Translations under genes and position numbers: made by a program
Notes under the pieces: model-generated
The model's database searches: none
What the model saw: only the letters and a program-made list of their open reading frames with translations
What the model was told of the DNA's origin: nothing
Shown: piece by piece, positions 37,862-52,630 of the stretch
Position numbering within the stretch: position 1 is the stretch's first letter
Layout of the letters: every line of letters starts with the position of its first letter
Source of the DNA: Octopus vulgaris
Taxonomy: Eukaryota
Length of the DNA: 64,000 bases
Direction: 5' to 3'
Assembly (NCBI GenBank): GCA_951406725.2
Contig: OX597817.1
Location: forward strand, 112,220,001 to 112,284,000

Positions 37862-39264
37862 CATACATACATACATACATACACGCACACACACATACAT
37901 ACATACATACATACATACATACATACATACATACATACATACATACATGCATATATACATGCACGCACACACACATATTTATTTTAGAAATTAAGGAAAT
38001 CTCGAGCGCTGGAGAATAGCTGTGAAAACAGCTTAGTGGATTGGGTAAAGTCGGAAAAAGTAGCCAGCAAGTCGCTACCGAGAATCGAACTCTGTACTTC
38101 TCAAATTCCTGATATATATATATAAACGGATCACTCAGACAGGAATACTCTTCGGTATACATGGCCAATTGAATTAACTGTCCTCATGCCAAAGTTCATT
38201 TTTGCACTTTTGTATCTTAGGAGAAGAATAAGTAGCAGACAAAGTACCGAGGTCAATATAATTGGCTAAAATAAAAAAAAAACCTTAAAGTTGGTGTTCC
38301 AGAATGGCCACAGTTTAATGACTGAAATCAATAAAGAAGAATTCTCTACTTACATAGTTTTCGTAAGAATTCAAGCAGTAAAACAACCCTCTTTTTAGAT
38401 ATAGAATATAAAGTTAGAAAAAATTATGTATATTATATCATTATTCCATCCAGGAATGGATGGATCATGGGGTTGAACCTTCAGGAACCTCCTTCAAAGG
38501 GTTTTATCAGAGGCAACTGTCATTAGATTTTCTTGGCTGGATTCTCAAGCATGACCAACTGTGGTTATCAATATTATCCAACCATCTCTTTCTTTGTTTA
38601 CTCCTAGGTCTGCTGCTGGTTGGCTCAGCTTGACGAATCCGCACTGCGGTTCTTTTGTGCAACCTTCTAATCACATTTCTATAGCACCAGAGGTGCTACC
38701 TCTCAGTACGGAGAAGTAGCGTCTCGACCTGGAGAAATTCCCTGGTCTTCGAGCTACGCATCCTGTTGAGTAAGTTAGTCCAGGGATCTTCCAGAGGACC
38801 TGCATTTCGGCCGCTTATATTCGCGTTCGTACTCTTCCGGTCACTAAACAACATACATGACCATTAGTAACAATAAGTACGAAAACCAAATTATATACGC
38901 AAAACATGGCCAATAAATAAATATGCAAACCAGGAGAGAGTGTCTTCTACAACCCTGGTTTCCAAACTGGGGTCCGCAGATTCCTGAGGGCCCGCGAAGC
39001 GATTTAGTGGGTTCCGTGAAGGGGTCCTAATCTTCAGATTTTTAATATTCAAAACCCTAGGTTTTCCGGTTTTAGCTAAAACTGGAACCATTGAACCCCT
39101 AGTTTTCGTGTTAAAAAGCCTTACAGGTAGAATGCATTTGAGGCGACGCGTCGCGACACGCGCGGGGCGTACACGCACGTACTTGAATGCAAGCGTCTCT
39201 CTGCGGCTTTATAAATCGGTGCGATGGTATGGGCGCAACAAGTCTAAACAGGATTGAAAATTGG

Positions 39265-39927
39265 CGGTGTAACAGCCCAGAATATACCCGTGCCCAGACT
39301 ATACCCCCTCCAGACAACCAGGCCAGAATATACCCCTGTCCAGGCTATACTCCATGCTTGCGGACAAATAACAAGTACCTCACTTCTAAAAGTTGCCTCA
39401 GAACATATGTAAAATTTGATATCACTCGATAAAGAATTAAAAATTACATGTAAATTTCGATTTAAACATAGCAATTTAGAATTATTAAATGCAAAATAGT
39501 TTAAAATGTACCAATATAGACCCACCACAAATGGCCACATTTGCGCGAGTCTAGGCTATGACTCAAAGTACAGGTGCACTGCGCAGCAAGCGCGAGTCGT
39601 CATTTTCTTTTTCCAATCTACCTATACATTGGGTTTATATTGGTACATTGAATATTTGCATTTGATAATTCTAAACTGCTATGTTTAAATCGAAATTTAC
39701 ATGTAACATTTAATTCTTCATCGATTGATATCAAATTTCATATATGTTCTGAGGCAACTTTTGTGAGGTACATCTGTGTTATTTGTTCGCAAGCATGGGG
39801 TATAGTCTGGACAGGGATACATTCTGGGCTGTCTCTCTGGAGGGGGTATAGTCTGGGATAGCTCAGACTAGCCCCGGGCATAGTCTGGACAGGGGTATAT
39901 TCTGGGGGTTACAGCGGCCGTAACACC
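39265..39927. mobile_element. Foldback/MITE with ~260-290 bp terminal inverted repeats
   Basis: 39265-39525 is the reverse complement of ~39628-39915; arms contain repeated ccaga(a/c)tataccc motifs. Confidence 0.88.
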
Positions 39928-40389
39928 GGCTCATTGATGGCATTGTCCGCAAGAGTCGTTTATGAACAGGTTGCAATTTGTTTCTCCCATCACACATTTA
40001 CGAAAGCCTATATTTTCGACATATTTATCATCGTAAGTTCATTCTTAATTTTACTTTTTATGTTTGTATTAAGCATCAATAAGTAGGGACCTAATAAGCC
40101 AACAAAAAGACAAGCTAGTAGTGCTGTCAGAATTAAGACGTTCGTTCTACATAAAGTACCTAGCGACTTTTAATTGAACTTTTTTAAAGTAGCTACAAGG
40201 CGTTACAATGGTAAGAAACTTGATCTAGGTCTAACTGAATGAGTAAAATGAGGATATTGAAGTAAAACAATATTAAACAATTTCGAAATAACTTCTGCAT
40301 GAATAAGGACTCACTGTGCTTTGAAAAATATCTTATATATATATTTATTCTGATAAAAGTAATAAAGTTTTCTATGTCATCAATGAGGC

Positions 40390-40538
40390 GGTGTTACGGC
40401 CGCTGTAACATCCCAGAATATACCCCAGACTATACCCGGGGCTAGTCTTAGCTAGCCCAGACTCACCCGCTTCAGAGAGATACAGCCCAGAATGTACCCC
40501 TGCCCAGACTATACCTTATGCTTGCGGACAAATAACAC
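40390..40538 (+). mobile_element. Solo arm of the same foldback family
   Basis: ggtgttacggccgctgtaac...gcttgcggacaaataacac is the reverse complement of ~39777-39927. Confidence 0.85.
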
Positions 40539-41236
40539 TGATAAAAGTAACAAAATTTTCTCAACAGAGTGAAATAGTACAAAATTCTGTACATTTACAG
40601 CACAACATTTGCACATTGTTATTATATTTATCTGTAGAATGTCTTTTACAAAGAATAGGAGATATGACGAGTCATACTTGAGCTTCGGTTTCACTGTGCT
40701 TACTGCTGGTGGAGTAGAAAAACCACAGTGTGTTCTGTGCTTTGAGGTGTTGGCAGCTTCTTCGCTGAAGCCCAGCGGGCTAAAGAGGCATTTGGAAATG
40801 AAACATCTCAGCACAGTCCACAATGACAAGGAATTTTTCAGACGCCAAGCTGACAGATTGGCCAACTCCAGGCTTGATGACACAGGAATGTGTATGTAGG
40901 ACGTTGCGGCTAGTTTGAAAGCCTCCTACGAGGTTTCAAGGAAGATTGCTGCTGCAAAAAACCGCATAACACTGGAGAGCAGTTAGTTCTTCCTTGCTGC
41001 AAAGATATTCGTCGTAAATATATGTATGTGTGTGTGCGTTTGTGTTTGTGTCTCATTGTTGCTTGACAAATGGTGTAAGTTTGTTTACGTTCCCGTAATT
41101 TAACAGGGATTTAAAAAAAAATATGAGACTGATAAGTTAAGCACAAATACTTGATCAATTAAAAATCTTTCGACGCAGTGCCCCAGCACAGTCAAATGAC
41201 TGAAATAAGTAAGAGAGAGATAGAGAGAAGGAGAGA

Positions 41237-41274
<38 letters not shown>

Positions 41275-41288
41275 GAGAGGGAGGGAGG

Positions 41289-41329
<41 letters not shown>

Positions 41330-42483
41330 CTCTGTATATATACCTGAACATTTACATAAAAGTTTTCTAAACAGTTGATGTATATGTAGTTGTGTCAATA
41401 GCTTTTTTTATTAATCTAAGGATAGCCTCGATGACAATTCTTATTATTGCAGTAGGTTGATTAACGAATTCAGTAAAAAAAAACAACAAAACAACAAAAC
41501 TCCCACCATAACAACAAGAACAAAATGACAGGTAAATAAACAGATATAAGAAAGAAAGATAACACCTGGATGGACATAAAAGGAAAAAAAGATAACAAAA
41601 CGAAAACCAGATCGATATCTTAGCTTGAACATCGATCAAAAAATTTCACTTAATTAAACATTCAAATAAGAAAAAAATATATAATATAAAACAGGGGAGG
41701 TGCCAATTGTTCTTATAGCTTTGTCGCTGTAAGATATTAATGTCAGGCCACCTCCTCGCTTTGAATCCATAGGCCAATCAATAGTGTCTTCCTTTCTGAC
41801 GTCTTTCATGCGCTGACTCTTCCGAGCTCTAGTTATTAAACACATTCGGAGGATAGAGGGCAGATCAGTTCTAGATCTCTGTTCGAATACTGGTTTATCT
41901 TTTACACTATGAAAACTGAGCGATGAGGACAAACATAATCAACATAGTTTTAATTTTTGTAAGTTTTTATATAACCATTATATTTGTATGTATGTATGTA
42001 TGTATGTATGTATGTATGTATGTATGTATGTATGTATGTATGTATGTATGTATGTATGTATGCATGTATGTAAAGACGGATGGTTTGATGATTGCATGCA
42101 TGGCTGAATGGATGTATGATATAAGTATGTATGCATAGATCGATACATAAACGGAGGGATCGGTTTTCATGTCTTTCTGTATACATGTATCTACTGTTAT
42201 GCTTGTAAGTGTTTTTGGTATGTATGTTTTAATGTAGGTATATGTATATATTTAAACGTATGTATGTGCATGTGCGTGGTTTATGATTGTTTTATTTTCT
42301 TATCTAAATTCTATCCAAAAAGAAGGAACTTCTTTCTTACAAAGAATCGAAGCTCCACTGAATTGTTTCATGTTGAACTTTAGAAAAACCTTGCTTACAG
42401 ATTATCTTTGAAAAAAAGTCCTTGTTGGTCAACTGTTGTGCCTGAGCCATCTGCTTTTCTATATTTCTACTACACACACACGC

Positions 42484-42535
<52 letters not shown>

Positions 42536-42542
42536 ATGTATG

Positions 42543-42573
<31 letters not shown>

Positions 42574-42837
42574 ATATGTATGTATGTATGCATGTATGCA
42601 TGCATTATGTATGCATGTATGTATGCGTGTATGACTTAAAACTGCATCTGGTAGTGGGGCTCTGGTCCAGGAGTTCCAAGGTTTTGAGGAGCGTGAAATC
42701 ACCTCTTAGTCACTATTTGTTCCCAGGTCAACGCTGACCCGGAGTAGTGGTACTGGTCAGGGTTTAACCATGGGTTTACTAGTATATTGATAACTGAGAC
42801 TGAAGGACCTTTATCCCTCGTTAAGAGAAAATAAACT

Positions 42838-42889
<52 letters not shown>

Positions 42890-42890
<1 letters not shown>

Positions 42891-43097
42891 TTTTTTACTT
42901 GTTTCAGTCATTTGACTGCGGCCATACTGGAGCACCGCCTTTAGTCGAGCAAATCGACTCCAGGACTTGTTCTTTGTAAGCCTAGTACTTATTCTATCAG
43001 TCTCTTTTCCGAACCGCTAAGTTACGAGGACGTAAACACACCAGCATCGGTTGTCAAGCGTTATTGGGGGGACAAACACAGACACACAAATACATAC

Positions 43098-43176
<79 letters not shown>

Positions 43177-43355
43177 CATATACACATATATACGACGGGT
43201 TTCTTTCAGTTTCCGTCTACCAAATCCACTCACAAAGCTTTGGTCGGCCCGAGGCTATAGTTGAAGACACTTACCCAATGTACTACGCAGTAGGAATGAA
43301 CCCGAAACCATGCAGTTGGTAAACAAGCTACCAACCACACAACCAATCCTGTGCC
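42890..43355 (-). mobile_element. SINE family A, full copy with internal (TA)n
   Basis: Aligns to 11147-11594. Confidence 0.9.
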
Positions 43356-43415
43356 TATATACATATGTATATATATGTATATTTATATGTATATACACAC
43401 ACATACATATATATT

Positions 43416-43449
<34 letters not shown>

Positions 43450-43462
43450 TACATATATATCG

Positions 43463-43804
<342 letters not shown>

Positions 43805-44446
43805 TATGTAATATGTATATATATATGTATATGTATATAAACTGAATTGTAGTTGATTTCTGGCCGTCTCAACCTCTGTTGTGCCACTGGCGACATAGCT
43901 TTTTGCGCTGAAAAGTAGGTTCGCTCACTTAAAACAATTTCATGCACTGAAACTTCTTAGACTCTTCATTTTAAGAAATGGTCTCAAACGGTCATGAGTC
44001 AACTTCAACCATGTATGTATGTATGTATGTATGTATGTATGTATGTATGTATGTATGTATGTATGTATGTATGTATGTATGTATGTATGTATGTATGTAT
44101 GTATGTATGTATGTATGTTTGTATGTTTGTATGTATGTATGTATGTATGTATGTATGTATGTATGTATGTATGTATGTGCAGACGTACGTAGGTGAAAAC
44201 TTCAAAATTTGAAGGCATACTTTTCAGTTTTGTAGCTTTATGTTTTGGGTGGGGAAGGGATTGAGGATCTGAAGAAGAAGAAGAAGAAGAAGAAAGGCGC
44301 GCAGCGCAACCAGGAGATGAGAGAAAAGAGGTGTGAGTCTGGTCCGTCTAAGCAATCATTTACTTGTCTCATCTGCAACTGATGTTCTCTATCAAATCCT
44401 GGAATATATGGTCATGTAAATATCCCTCGTTGAAGGAAAATATGAA

Positions 44447-45130
44447 GTATGTATGTCATTGTTCAGTTTTAATTCAAGAAGGCTCCTTCTTTGGAATTTC
44501 AATATCAACAACAGGGTATTTTTGTTTGTTTGTATGTATGTATGTATATGTGCAGATTTTTATGTTTTGTTTTATGTATATAATCTCATGCATATAGCTG
44601 CATATACGCTCATATATATTTAAACTTTGAATTAATTTTCTCCTTTCTGGTTTTGAGAAGCTTGATTTCTCAAGATTGGTATTTAGGCAGTGTGTTACAT
44701 ATTCCAGAGTCCCAATAATTACAGTTATGAACCTGAACTTGTAATCTGGATAGTTCAGCGTAGATATTCTCTTCTTCACTGATCTTCAGCTTTATGTTAA
44801 CATCCACCGGGCAGTTAATTTCCACAACTGTACACAGTTTCCCTTCTCTATCCTAACTTATTATATGAGGTCTGTTGTGATTACATTTTATTGAGGTCTT
44901 CACTGGGACATTCCACCATTACTCCTTTTTATTATGAGTGGCTATGGCTTCTACCATACTATGGGTTCTTATTTCTTTGTCCTCGGGGTTATCCTTTCGA
45001 CGGATTTTATTATAGTGTCCTAGCTACATCATGTCTCATCGGTAGATATATACTGATGACATTTTTGGACAACAGCTTATGATGTGAGTGATATCTTCGG
45101 TGTTAACTCAACAAAGTCTGCATCGGTTAC
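44447..45130 (-). mobile_element. 3' fragment of the (TACA)n-associated R4/Dong-like LINE
   Basis: PDYKFRFITVIIGTLEYV (ORF 44474-44779); 3' UTR matches 5425-5590; (TATG)n on both sides. Confidence 0.85.
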
Positions 45131-45161
<31 letters not shown>

Positions 45162-45207
45162 TGTATGTATGTATGTATGTATGTATGTATGTATGTATGT
45201 ATGTATG

Positions 45208-45431
45208 TCTCTTCTATTTTTCAATTATTATAAATCTTCCACTAAGGAGGGAGGCGGTTTCCAACAAAGATACACGGCTCCATCTTTGGTATGAATAGGA
45301 ATTCCTAGTCTGAATATAGAAGTTGGAGGATTCGAAGCAGTTGTTCATAGATATCCTCATTTACTTTGATTTTCAAGGAGATATTTATATCTGCAGGGCA
45401 GCTGATTGTACATACCTTTGCCCCGCAGTCC
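45208..45431 (-). mobile_element. Short RLE fragment of the same LINE family between (TATG)n arrays
   Basis: ISCPADINISLKIKVNEDIYEQLLRILQLLYSD (ORF 45305-45547). Confidence 0.75.
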
Positions 45432-45596
45432 ATGTATGTATGTATGTATGTATGTATGTATGTATGTATGTATGTATGTATGTATGTATGTATGTATGTA
45501 TCTATGTATGTATGTATGTATGCATGCATGCATGTATGTGTTTGCATGCATGTATGTTTGTATTTATATATGTATGTATGCGTGCATGCATGTATC

Positions 45597-45669
<73 letters not shown>

Positions 45670-45789
45670 ACATGGTATTTTTATAAGTTTAAAGCTTATA
45701 ACGATCACGGTGCAAAATGACCAAGGAAAATAGTCTAATAACAAAACCATTCGCATCGAAATATATATATATGAATATATATATATATA

Positions 45790-45829
<40 letters not shown>

Positions 45830-45956
45830 CTATATGTGTGTTTGTACATATGTATGTATATGTATGTATTCACACAGATATATATATATATCTATATATA
45901 CACACACATACTATATGTGTGTTTGTACATATGTATGTATATGTATGTATTCACTT

Positions 45957-46008
<52 letters not shown>

Positions 46009-46229
46009 CAGAAACTCTTTTAGTATTCCACATTAGATGATCATTAGATTTACCATCTTTACTCTTAACTAATTGCGACAATTCATAAAGCTGAAACTTG
46101 CCGACTATATAATGTTCATACACAGGTTCCACTTTGATTACCCTAGATTACTTATTAATAAGAGTACTGTGTGTGTGTGTATGTATGTGTGTGGGTGAAT
46201 GTGTGTGAATATCTATCTATCTATCTATG

Positions 46230-46327
<98 letters not shown>

Positions 46328-47344
46328 CCTTGTCCAAGATTTGTGTAGATGAATTACAAGATTGTTTTCTTGATATAATCAGTAATTTTGCCTTTGTGTT
46401 CTGAAATGTTATTACTCTAAAATGTTATTATTGCTATCTACAGTGACTGTGAAATCTGTCATTCGAGGATACTAATGATAATTTGCGTTGAATTAGACCA
46501 TTTCGTAGAAAAAATCCGCCACTTTAGTTGCGATTAGGAGTGAGGAAGTCTGATCCATGTCTTGCAGTGAGCAACAGAGAGAGGGGGGGGGAGAAAATTA
46601 ATGTTGTTACTTTCGGTGCAAGTTAGTACTTCACGTATTTGTTGCTAAAACACTCTTACTCTCAAACTGAGTGCAAGTGACTGAAATATGGAAGTCTTCA
46701 CTCTGCAAGACCAGAGCTTTTGAGAGAGATTTTATTACAAAGAAGACAATGACGGCTCCATATTCAAGGAGGCTGTGATATTATATTTCTTTCAGAGAGA
46801 GATATATCAAATATTCACTTTCCTTTCCATAAGCCCCTGGGCCCGGGGCCGAAGTTACCTGTCTAAACCCTCCTCTTACTAGCCCTTTGCATGGCAGTAG
46901 AAATTATAGAGCTCTTCTAAGAAGTATTCACTGAAGTACCCACGGTGGGCATTAATTGATAACATCTTAACGGATGTACATCTTTTTACCACGCTCAGCT
47001 CTACGTTAATTTACTAATATAAAAGTGTGTATATCTCAGACATCTTGTTATATCTCACAGAAGAATTTACAAATTTTCTCATTCATACTAACCCTTTCCA
47101 ATTCACTATCATGAACTGTTACGAACGTTATACGCTCTGCCACTTAGTCATGCTCATGTATAATACAACTGACTTAACCCTGAATTATTTAACCAATAAA
47201 AGAGTATATATACTTCAGATATCTCGTTATATTTTACAGATGATTTACCCCTTTTTTCTTTCTTAATAGCCTTATCTAATTAATTTCCAAAGATGGTTAC
47301 TAACGTTATATCCTGTTCCATTTAGTAATAAAGCGATAAATGTC

Positions 47345-47635
47345 GCTCTTTTCAAGCCTAGCCAGGCTCATGGGCCTGGTTTCCCGGTTTCTGTGGCGTA
47401 TGTGTTCCCCCTACCTGGACGGGACGCCAGTCCATCGCAGCGTTACTCAAGAGACAGGAAGAGAGAGTGAGAGAAAATTGTGACGAAAGAGTACAACAGG
47501 GGTCGCCACCACCCCCTGCCGGAGCCTCGTGGAGCTTTTAGTTGCTTTCGCTCAATAAACATGCACAACACTCTGTCTGGGAATCGAAACCACGAGTTCG
47601 CTACCCTAACCACTGGGCCATTGCGCCTCCACTGC
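47345..47635 (-). mobile_element. tRNA-derived SINE related to family B
   Basis: Minus-strand head ggcgcaatggcccagtggttaggg...tttcgattccc; GC-rich body. Confidence 0.75.
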
Positions 47636-48029
47636 ATTTAGTAATAGTGAAGTATAGTATATCTTGCACTCATATGGAATACACTAGCACTAAGCTATGA
47701 GAATATGTTCTTCAGATATCAAAAGGAGATAAACATTCTCTTTCTATAGATTCTGGGTATTATTATCTAGCCCGAAAACAATGTACTTTTAGCATCTTCC
47801 CCAACTATACAGTATTCCGGAATCACTTTAATTGTTAAAGGTAGTGGTGGTGGTGATGACAGTCGATCTTCCGATTGAATCAAGGAAACTATGCTTCAAT
47901 TGATTTTTGAAATTATTAATATTATCGATTGGTTGCAAATCTGGACAGAAGTGCCGCCATCTTTTGGTGACGGAGAAATATTTTAACTGAGAATGCACAC
48001 AGCCAGAAAAGATACTGCAAAGCATCTCG

Positions 48030-48212
48030 GTCAACACTCTAACAATTCTGCCAGTCTACCGACAAGGACTGTTAATTTCTTTTTTATTGATTCCAAAAGG
48101 GTGAAAGGCAAGGCTGACGATTGCAGAATTTGAACTCAGAGCACAGTCCTCCAAACGAATACAGCGAATCATTCTATTCGACACTCAATCGACTTTGCTA
48201 ATCCATCGCCTT
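48030..48212 (-). mobile_element. SINE family C, degenerate
   Basis: aaagggtgaaaggcaaggctgacg...gaatttgaactcaga. Confidence 0.65.
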
Positions 48213-48247
48213 AAACCACTAGTACTATCACCATCGTGACATCCATT

Positions 48248-48289
48248 TCATCGTCATCATCATCATCATCATCAGCGCCATCGTCATCG

Positions 48290-48322
<33 letters not shown>

Positions 48323-48380
48323 TCGTCGTAGTCATCATCATCGTCGTCGGTACCACCACCACCACCACCACCACCACCAC
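48248..48380. repeat. Compound (CAT/CGT)n-(CAC)n trinucleotide repeat
   Basis: Direct reading. Confidence 0.95.
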
Positions 48381-49067
48381 AAATATAGTAATGACATTGA
48401 GGTGTGTTCATAGACTCCAGTTCAGTTTTAATTTTGTGACCCTGAGCATCATTTATCGAGAGAGAAAAAAATAATAAAACGAATATAACACTGATGTAGA
48501 TAATTCATTGATGAATAACTATTGTATGCATCTGTCGAAATATAGCACTTGTTGTATGGTCGAACGTGTACAGCAAGAAGTTTCTTATCAATTCAATAAA
48601 GTAAAATATCAATGGAAATACCATAGAGATAGATATTCAATAATACATTGTTAATTCATTTGTAATGTCAGTATTTTAGTTGATAATATGGTTTTAAATG
48701 CAAAAGGATTGGGCGTGTCTGTATATGTTACGGTTGGAGCATAGCTTATCTCTGTCTCCAAGCTATTGGCGTGACTGCAATCATAGGGTTTATAGCACAG
48801 TCGTCGTTACTTAGCCCATCTCGTTTTTCTTTGTTTTAATTCAAGTATAACGCAATCTGCAACAGCATTATCTAAACTATCACTCCTTTTTTAAGACCCT
48901 AGTTTTGATTTGAGGGAAATTTGGCTGCTATTTCTGGTCAAACCACTGCGTAGCGTAGTAGCTCAGCACTCACTTTCACCAAAATAAAAATAAATAAATG
49001 AAAGCTCAAAAGAGTGTACTAGTTTACTTGAAGAGTTGTGACATCTATCTACCTATCTATCTATCTG

Positions 49068-49147
<80 letters not shown>

Positions 49148-49168
49148 GCTAGCTAGCTAGCTAGCTAG

Positions 49169-50235
49169 AGGCCGAGAAAGGACGAATGGCACCGCCAGTG
49201 TCGCGTTGCTCTCAAGCAACTATGAGTGACTTCAACACGACCTTAAGTGACTTCAACACAACCCAAGCATTCTATAGGGGATTAGTGGAGGGGAGGTACG
49301 ACGACGAGCTCGGGGCAAACCTGGACGTCGACGAGGAATACCTGACCCGTCTGTTCAGGACGACTTTCGGGCTAGGGCCCATGGACAACTTCCAGAGATC
49401 CCTGGCCTGGCAGTGCTACCGAGAAGCGCTACCCGTTCGGGATAAGCTCTACAGGCACGGCTTGAGAAACATGGGGCCGACCTGCCCGAGATGCAGTCAG
49501 AGCGATGAAACCGTTCTGCACGCGCTCGTGTAGTGTCCAACAATTTCCGACCTGTGGGCTTATGTCGAACAACTGCTGTCACGTGTGGGACGAGTCGGTT
49601 TATCAGCCGAGTCTATCGTCAATATTGTCACGCTTCCTTCCTTCAAACGGGAAGGAAGAGCTATTTTCATCATCCTTGTGGCTATGGCGAAAGAATGTAT
49701 CTGGTGGACGCGTCTGAAAGGATTGGAGACAAACACTTTCCTCTCTGGTCAATCTCTCATCAACTTCTTCAAGTACCACTTGAAAAGGAAAGTGAGAGTG
49801 GCGAGGCAGGTTTTGTCTAGCGAATGTTTAAAAAAAAGATGGGTGAATGTAGCAAGGATGGCACGTATGATTGACGAAGCCACCTTGAGCATAATCCTAT
49901 GAACCCGGAAATTTAAAACAGAGGGTTACCTACTTGCAAACAAATGTGGTAACATGTAACAATATTGACCGAGGTTACCCTGGTCTTTTCCGTAGGCTTT
50001 TCTTCCCACGGATAAACCTTATCTGCTTCCCCCTTTACACCATACATCATGACACTGTGATACACGATCCCTATTGATCGTTTTTTTCCTTTTTCTTTTC
50101 TTTTTTTCTCTTCTTTCCCTTTTACGATCCCTTTTGATCGAAAACCTACCCCACTTTTTCCCCCAAAAAAAGAAAAGCTCTACTTTGTAATCTGTCCCGT
50201 CTGTGTGCAGCCCTGTGTGGCTAATAAAGAAACAT
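49169..50235 (+). mobile_element. 5'-truncated Tx1/L1-clade LINE (ORF2 C-terminus plus 3' UTR)
   Basis: AWQCYREALPVRDKL...CPRCSQSDETVLHALV*CP (zf-RVT/CCHC); the frame continues to 49902 with one stop; pyrimidine-rich UTR ending aataaagaaaca; sits in (TATC)n. Confidence 0.88.
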
Positions 50236-50251
50236 ATCTAGCTAGCTATCC

Positions 50252-50320
<69 letters not shown>

Positions 50321-50528
50321 CATACACCCACACACGCGCTATTAATGCATCCCGGCGTCGCTTGGGTATTATGACTTACAGCCACACCGTATTATTTATT
50401 CCTTTCTTATGGGCAAAATCGGCACACCTGATATAGTCAACTGGATAATTGGCGTAATTGAAGTTATTGTTTGTTTAAAAGTGAAGGGGGAGGATACAAT
50501 TTGCATGGACTTGCATGAAAGTGCTCTC

Positions 50529-51153
50529 TGTTCTTAAGAAGGATCACAAACTATGTATTGTTTTATTGTATAAAAGTGGGTTTATACGATTTTGCCCAGA
50601 AATCACATTTTCAAAATTTTAATCCCCCCCCCACGTCCCCACCGCAATTTCTTTAATTTGTAACTTCTTTTCGAATTTTTTTTTATCCACGTAGAAAAAT
50701 ACAGAAATTACGAATCTGGGAAATATGTATTTTTTTTAAAGTTTAATTTTTCTTAAAGAAATACTCAATGCCCCTTCCCCTATCTCGCCCACTCATCACC
50801 TACCTGCTTTCAAAAAACTAAAATCTCCCAATGTTTCGATGTTTCACGCATGCGTAGAATTGTAATGAAATAGCAGGCGTAAAAAATACCAGACCATCAC
50901 CAGAAAACCCGACATGTTAGAAATAACAGGTAGACGACATTATTTCTGAAGAAACTTCCCTCGCTTTCCAAAAAGCTAAACTGAATACGGTAGACAATTT
51001 CGACTTTCGCGAATCTATTACATAAAAAACATCGAAACAACTCATGATTCCTTATGTTGATTCTTTACTGAGTGCTAACATAAGTATTTTTTTTTACATT
51101 TTAAGTAATTTTTATGGTATTGAAACTTGACCTCGGAAAATATGTATGTACTT

Positions 51154-51197
<44 letters not shown>

Positions 51198-51600
51198 TGT
51201 ATTCAGTTATTCAGTCATTGTTATCATCATTTCGTAAAGCAGAATAGTTTTTATGATGGCTAATTGAATTGAGTTCAACGCCGTAAAGAATTACGACTAA
51301 AATGACGATGCCTCGATCACACGTAAGCACTAAGTGTTTACAGAAAAATAGTTATGCGTTTGTGGCTGTGTATATATGTTATGTATATATGTATGTGGAT
51401 GTATGTGCACATGTGTGTATATATGAATGTGTGTGTGTGTGTGTGTGTGTTATATTTATATGTTCTTAAGAAGGATCACAAACTATGTATTGTTTTATTG
51501 TATAAAAGTGGGTTTATACGATTTTGCCCAGAAATCACATTTTCAAAATTTTAATCCCCCCCCGCCCACGTCCCCACCGCAATTTCTTTAATTTGTAACT
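50529..51600. repeat. Near-identical ~137-bp direct repeat (50529-50665 and 51461-51600)
   Basis: tgttcttaagaaggatcacaaac...ctttaatttgtaact occurs twice, differing only in the C-run. Confidence 0.93.
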
Positions 51601-52089
51601 GAATGAAATGATGCTTGTGATACAACAGTAACAACAGTACCGCGTTTTGCAGTTGGCAGTGAAGGATCGTGGAAATAATGCCGTCACTGATGAAATCGTC
51701 ATCACCGTACTTAAAGTTATTTAACAGTTAATTCCAGACTGCTTCTATAGTCTATTTCATGTATATTGTGTTGTATCTGTGAGTTGATATTTGGTTCGCA
51801 GTTTACAAATAATAAAACTTCCATAGTTTTATCAATTAGACGGTAGCGTTGTCAATTATTTTCTTTTCTATCGAGATTTGCTTCTGTTCTCTATTACTAC
51901 GCGCTGTAATGGCTCACTTTTGTAAATGCATTGCCAATAAACAAAATATATAAATTAATAACATTAACATTCTATACAGTACTCTACAATAGACAAACAA
52001 ACAAACGAACAAAAAGGTTAACTGTTATTATATGGTGAACATTGTTGGATATAGCATAAAAGCTCAATATTTATATGTTGAATTTGCTT

Positions 52090-52217
<128 letters not shown>

Positions 52218-52493
52218 ATATATATATGTATGTATGTATACATACATAAGCGCGTGCGCACACACACACAGACGCGCGCACGCACACTCACACATACACA
52301 TACACCCACATACACAAAGTATTTTAAGTAGAGAAAATTTGTTGCATATACATTAATTCTGGCCAATGTTCATCTCGTTACTCAGAGTTTCAAGTCAGAA
52401 AGGAGTCATAAATTAAATCAGAACTGTAGACAATAGCATAATTTACATATTTGCTCTTTTGGCAGTTCGTCGTTAATTAAACAATATATACTT

Positions 52494-52630
52494 AAGGCAG
52501 CGAGCTGGCAGAATCGCTAGCACGCCGGGCGAAATGCTTAGCAGTATTTCGTCCGTCCTTACGTTCTGAGTTCAAATTCTGCCGAGGCTGACTTTGTATT
52601 GAGAGCTGTGGTCGATGTAGTCGACTTAAC
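52494..52630 (+). mobile_element. SINE family C, 5' part
   Basis: aaggcagcgagctggcagaatcgctagcacgccgggcgaaatgcttagc. Confidence 0.85.

Larger units (their letters stand above)
38953..41010 (+). mobile_element. 5' part of a Buster/Charlie (ZBED5/8-like) hAT transposon
   Basis: TIR-like ccctggtttccaaactggggtccgc; from ~40639 RRYDESYLSFGF...PQCVLCFEVLAASSLKPSGLKRHLEMKH, then LKASYEVSRKIA and EQLVLPCCKDI. Confidence 0.85.

Noticed and set aside
48211-48411. Poly-Gly/poly-Asp protein
   Set aside because: Trinucleotide microsatellite with no supporting coding context.
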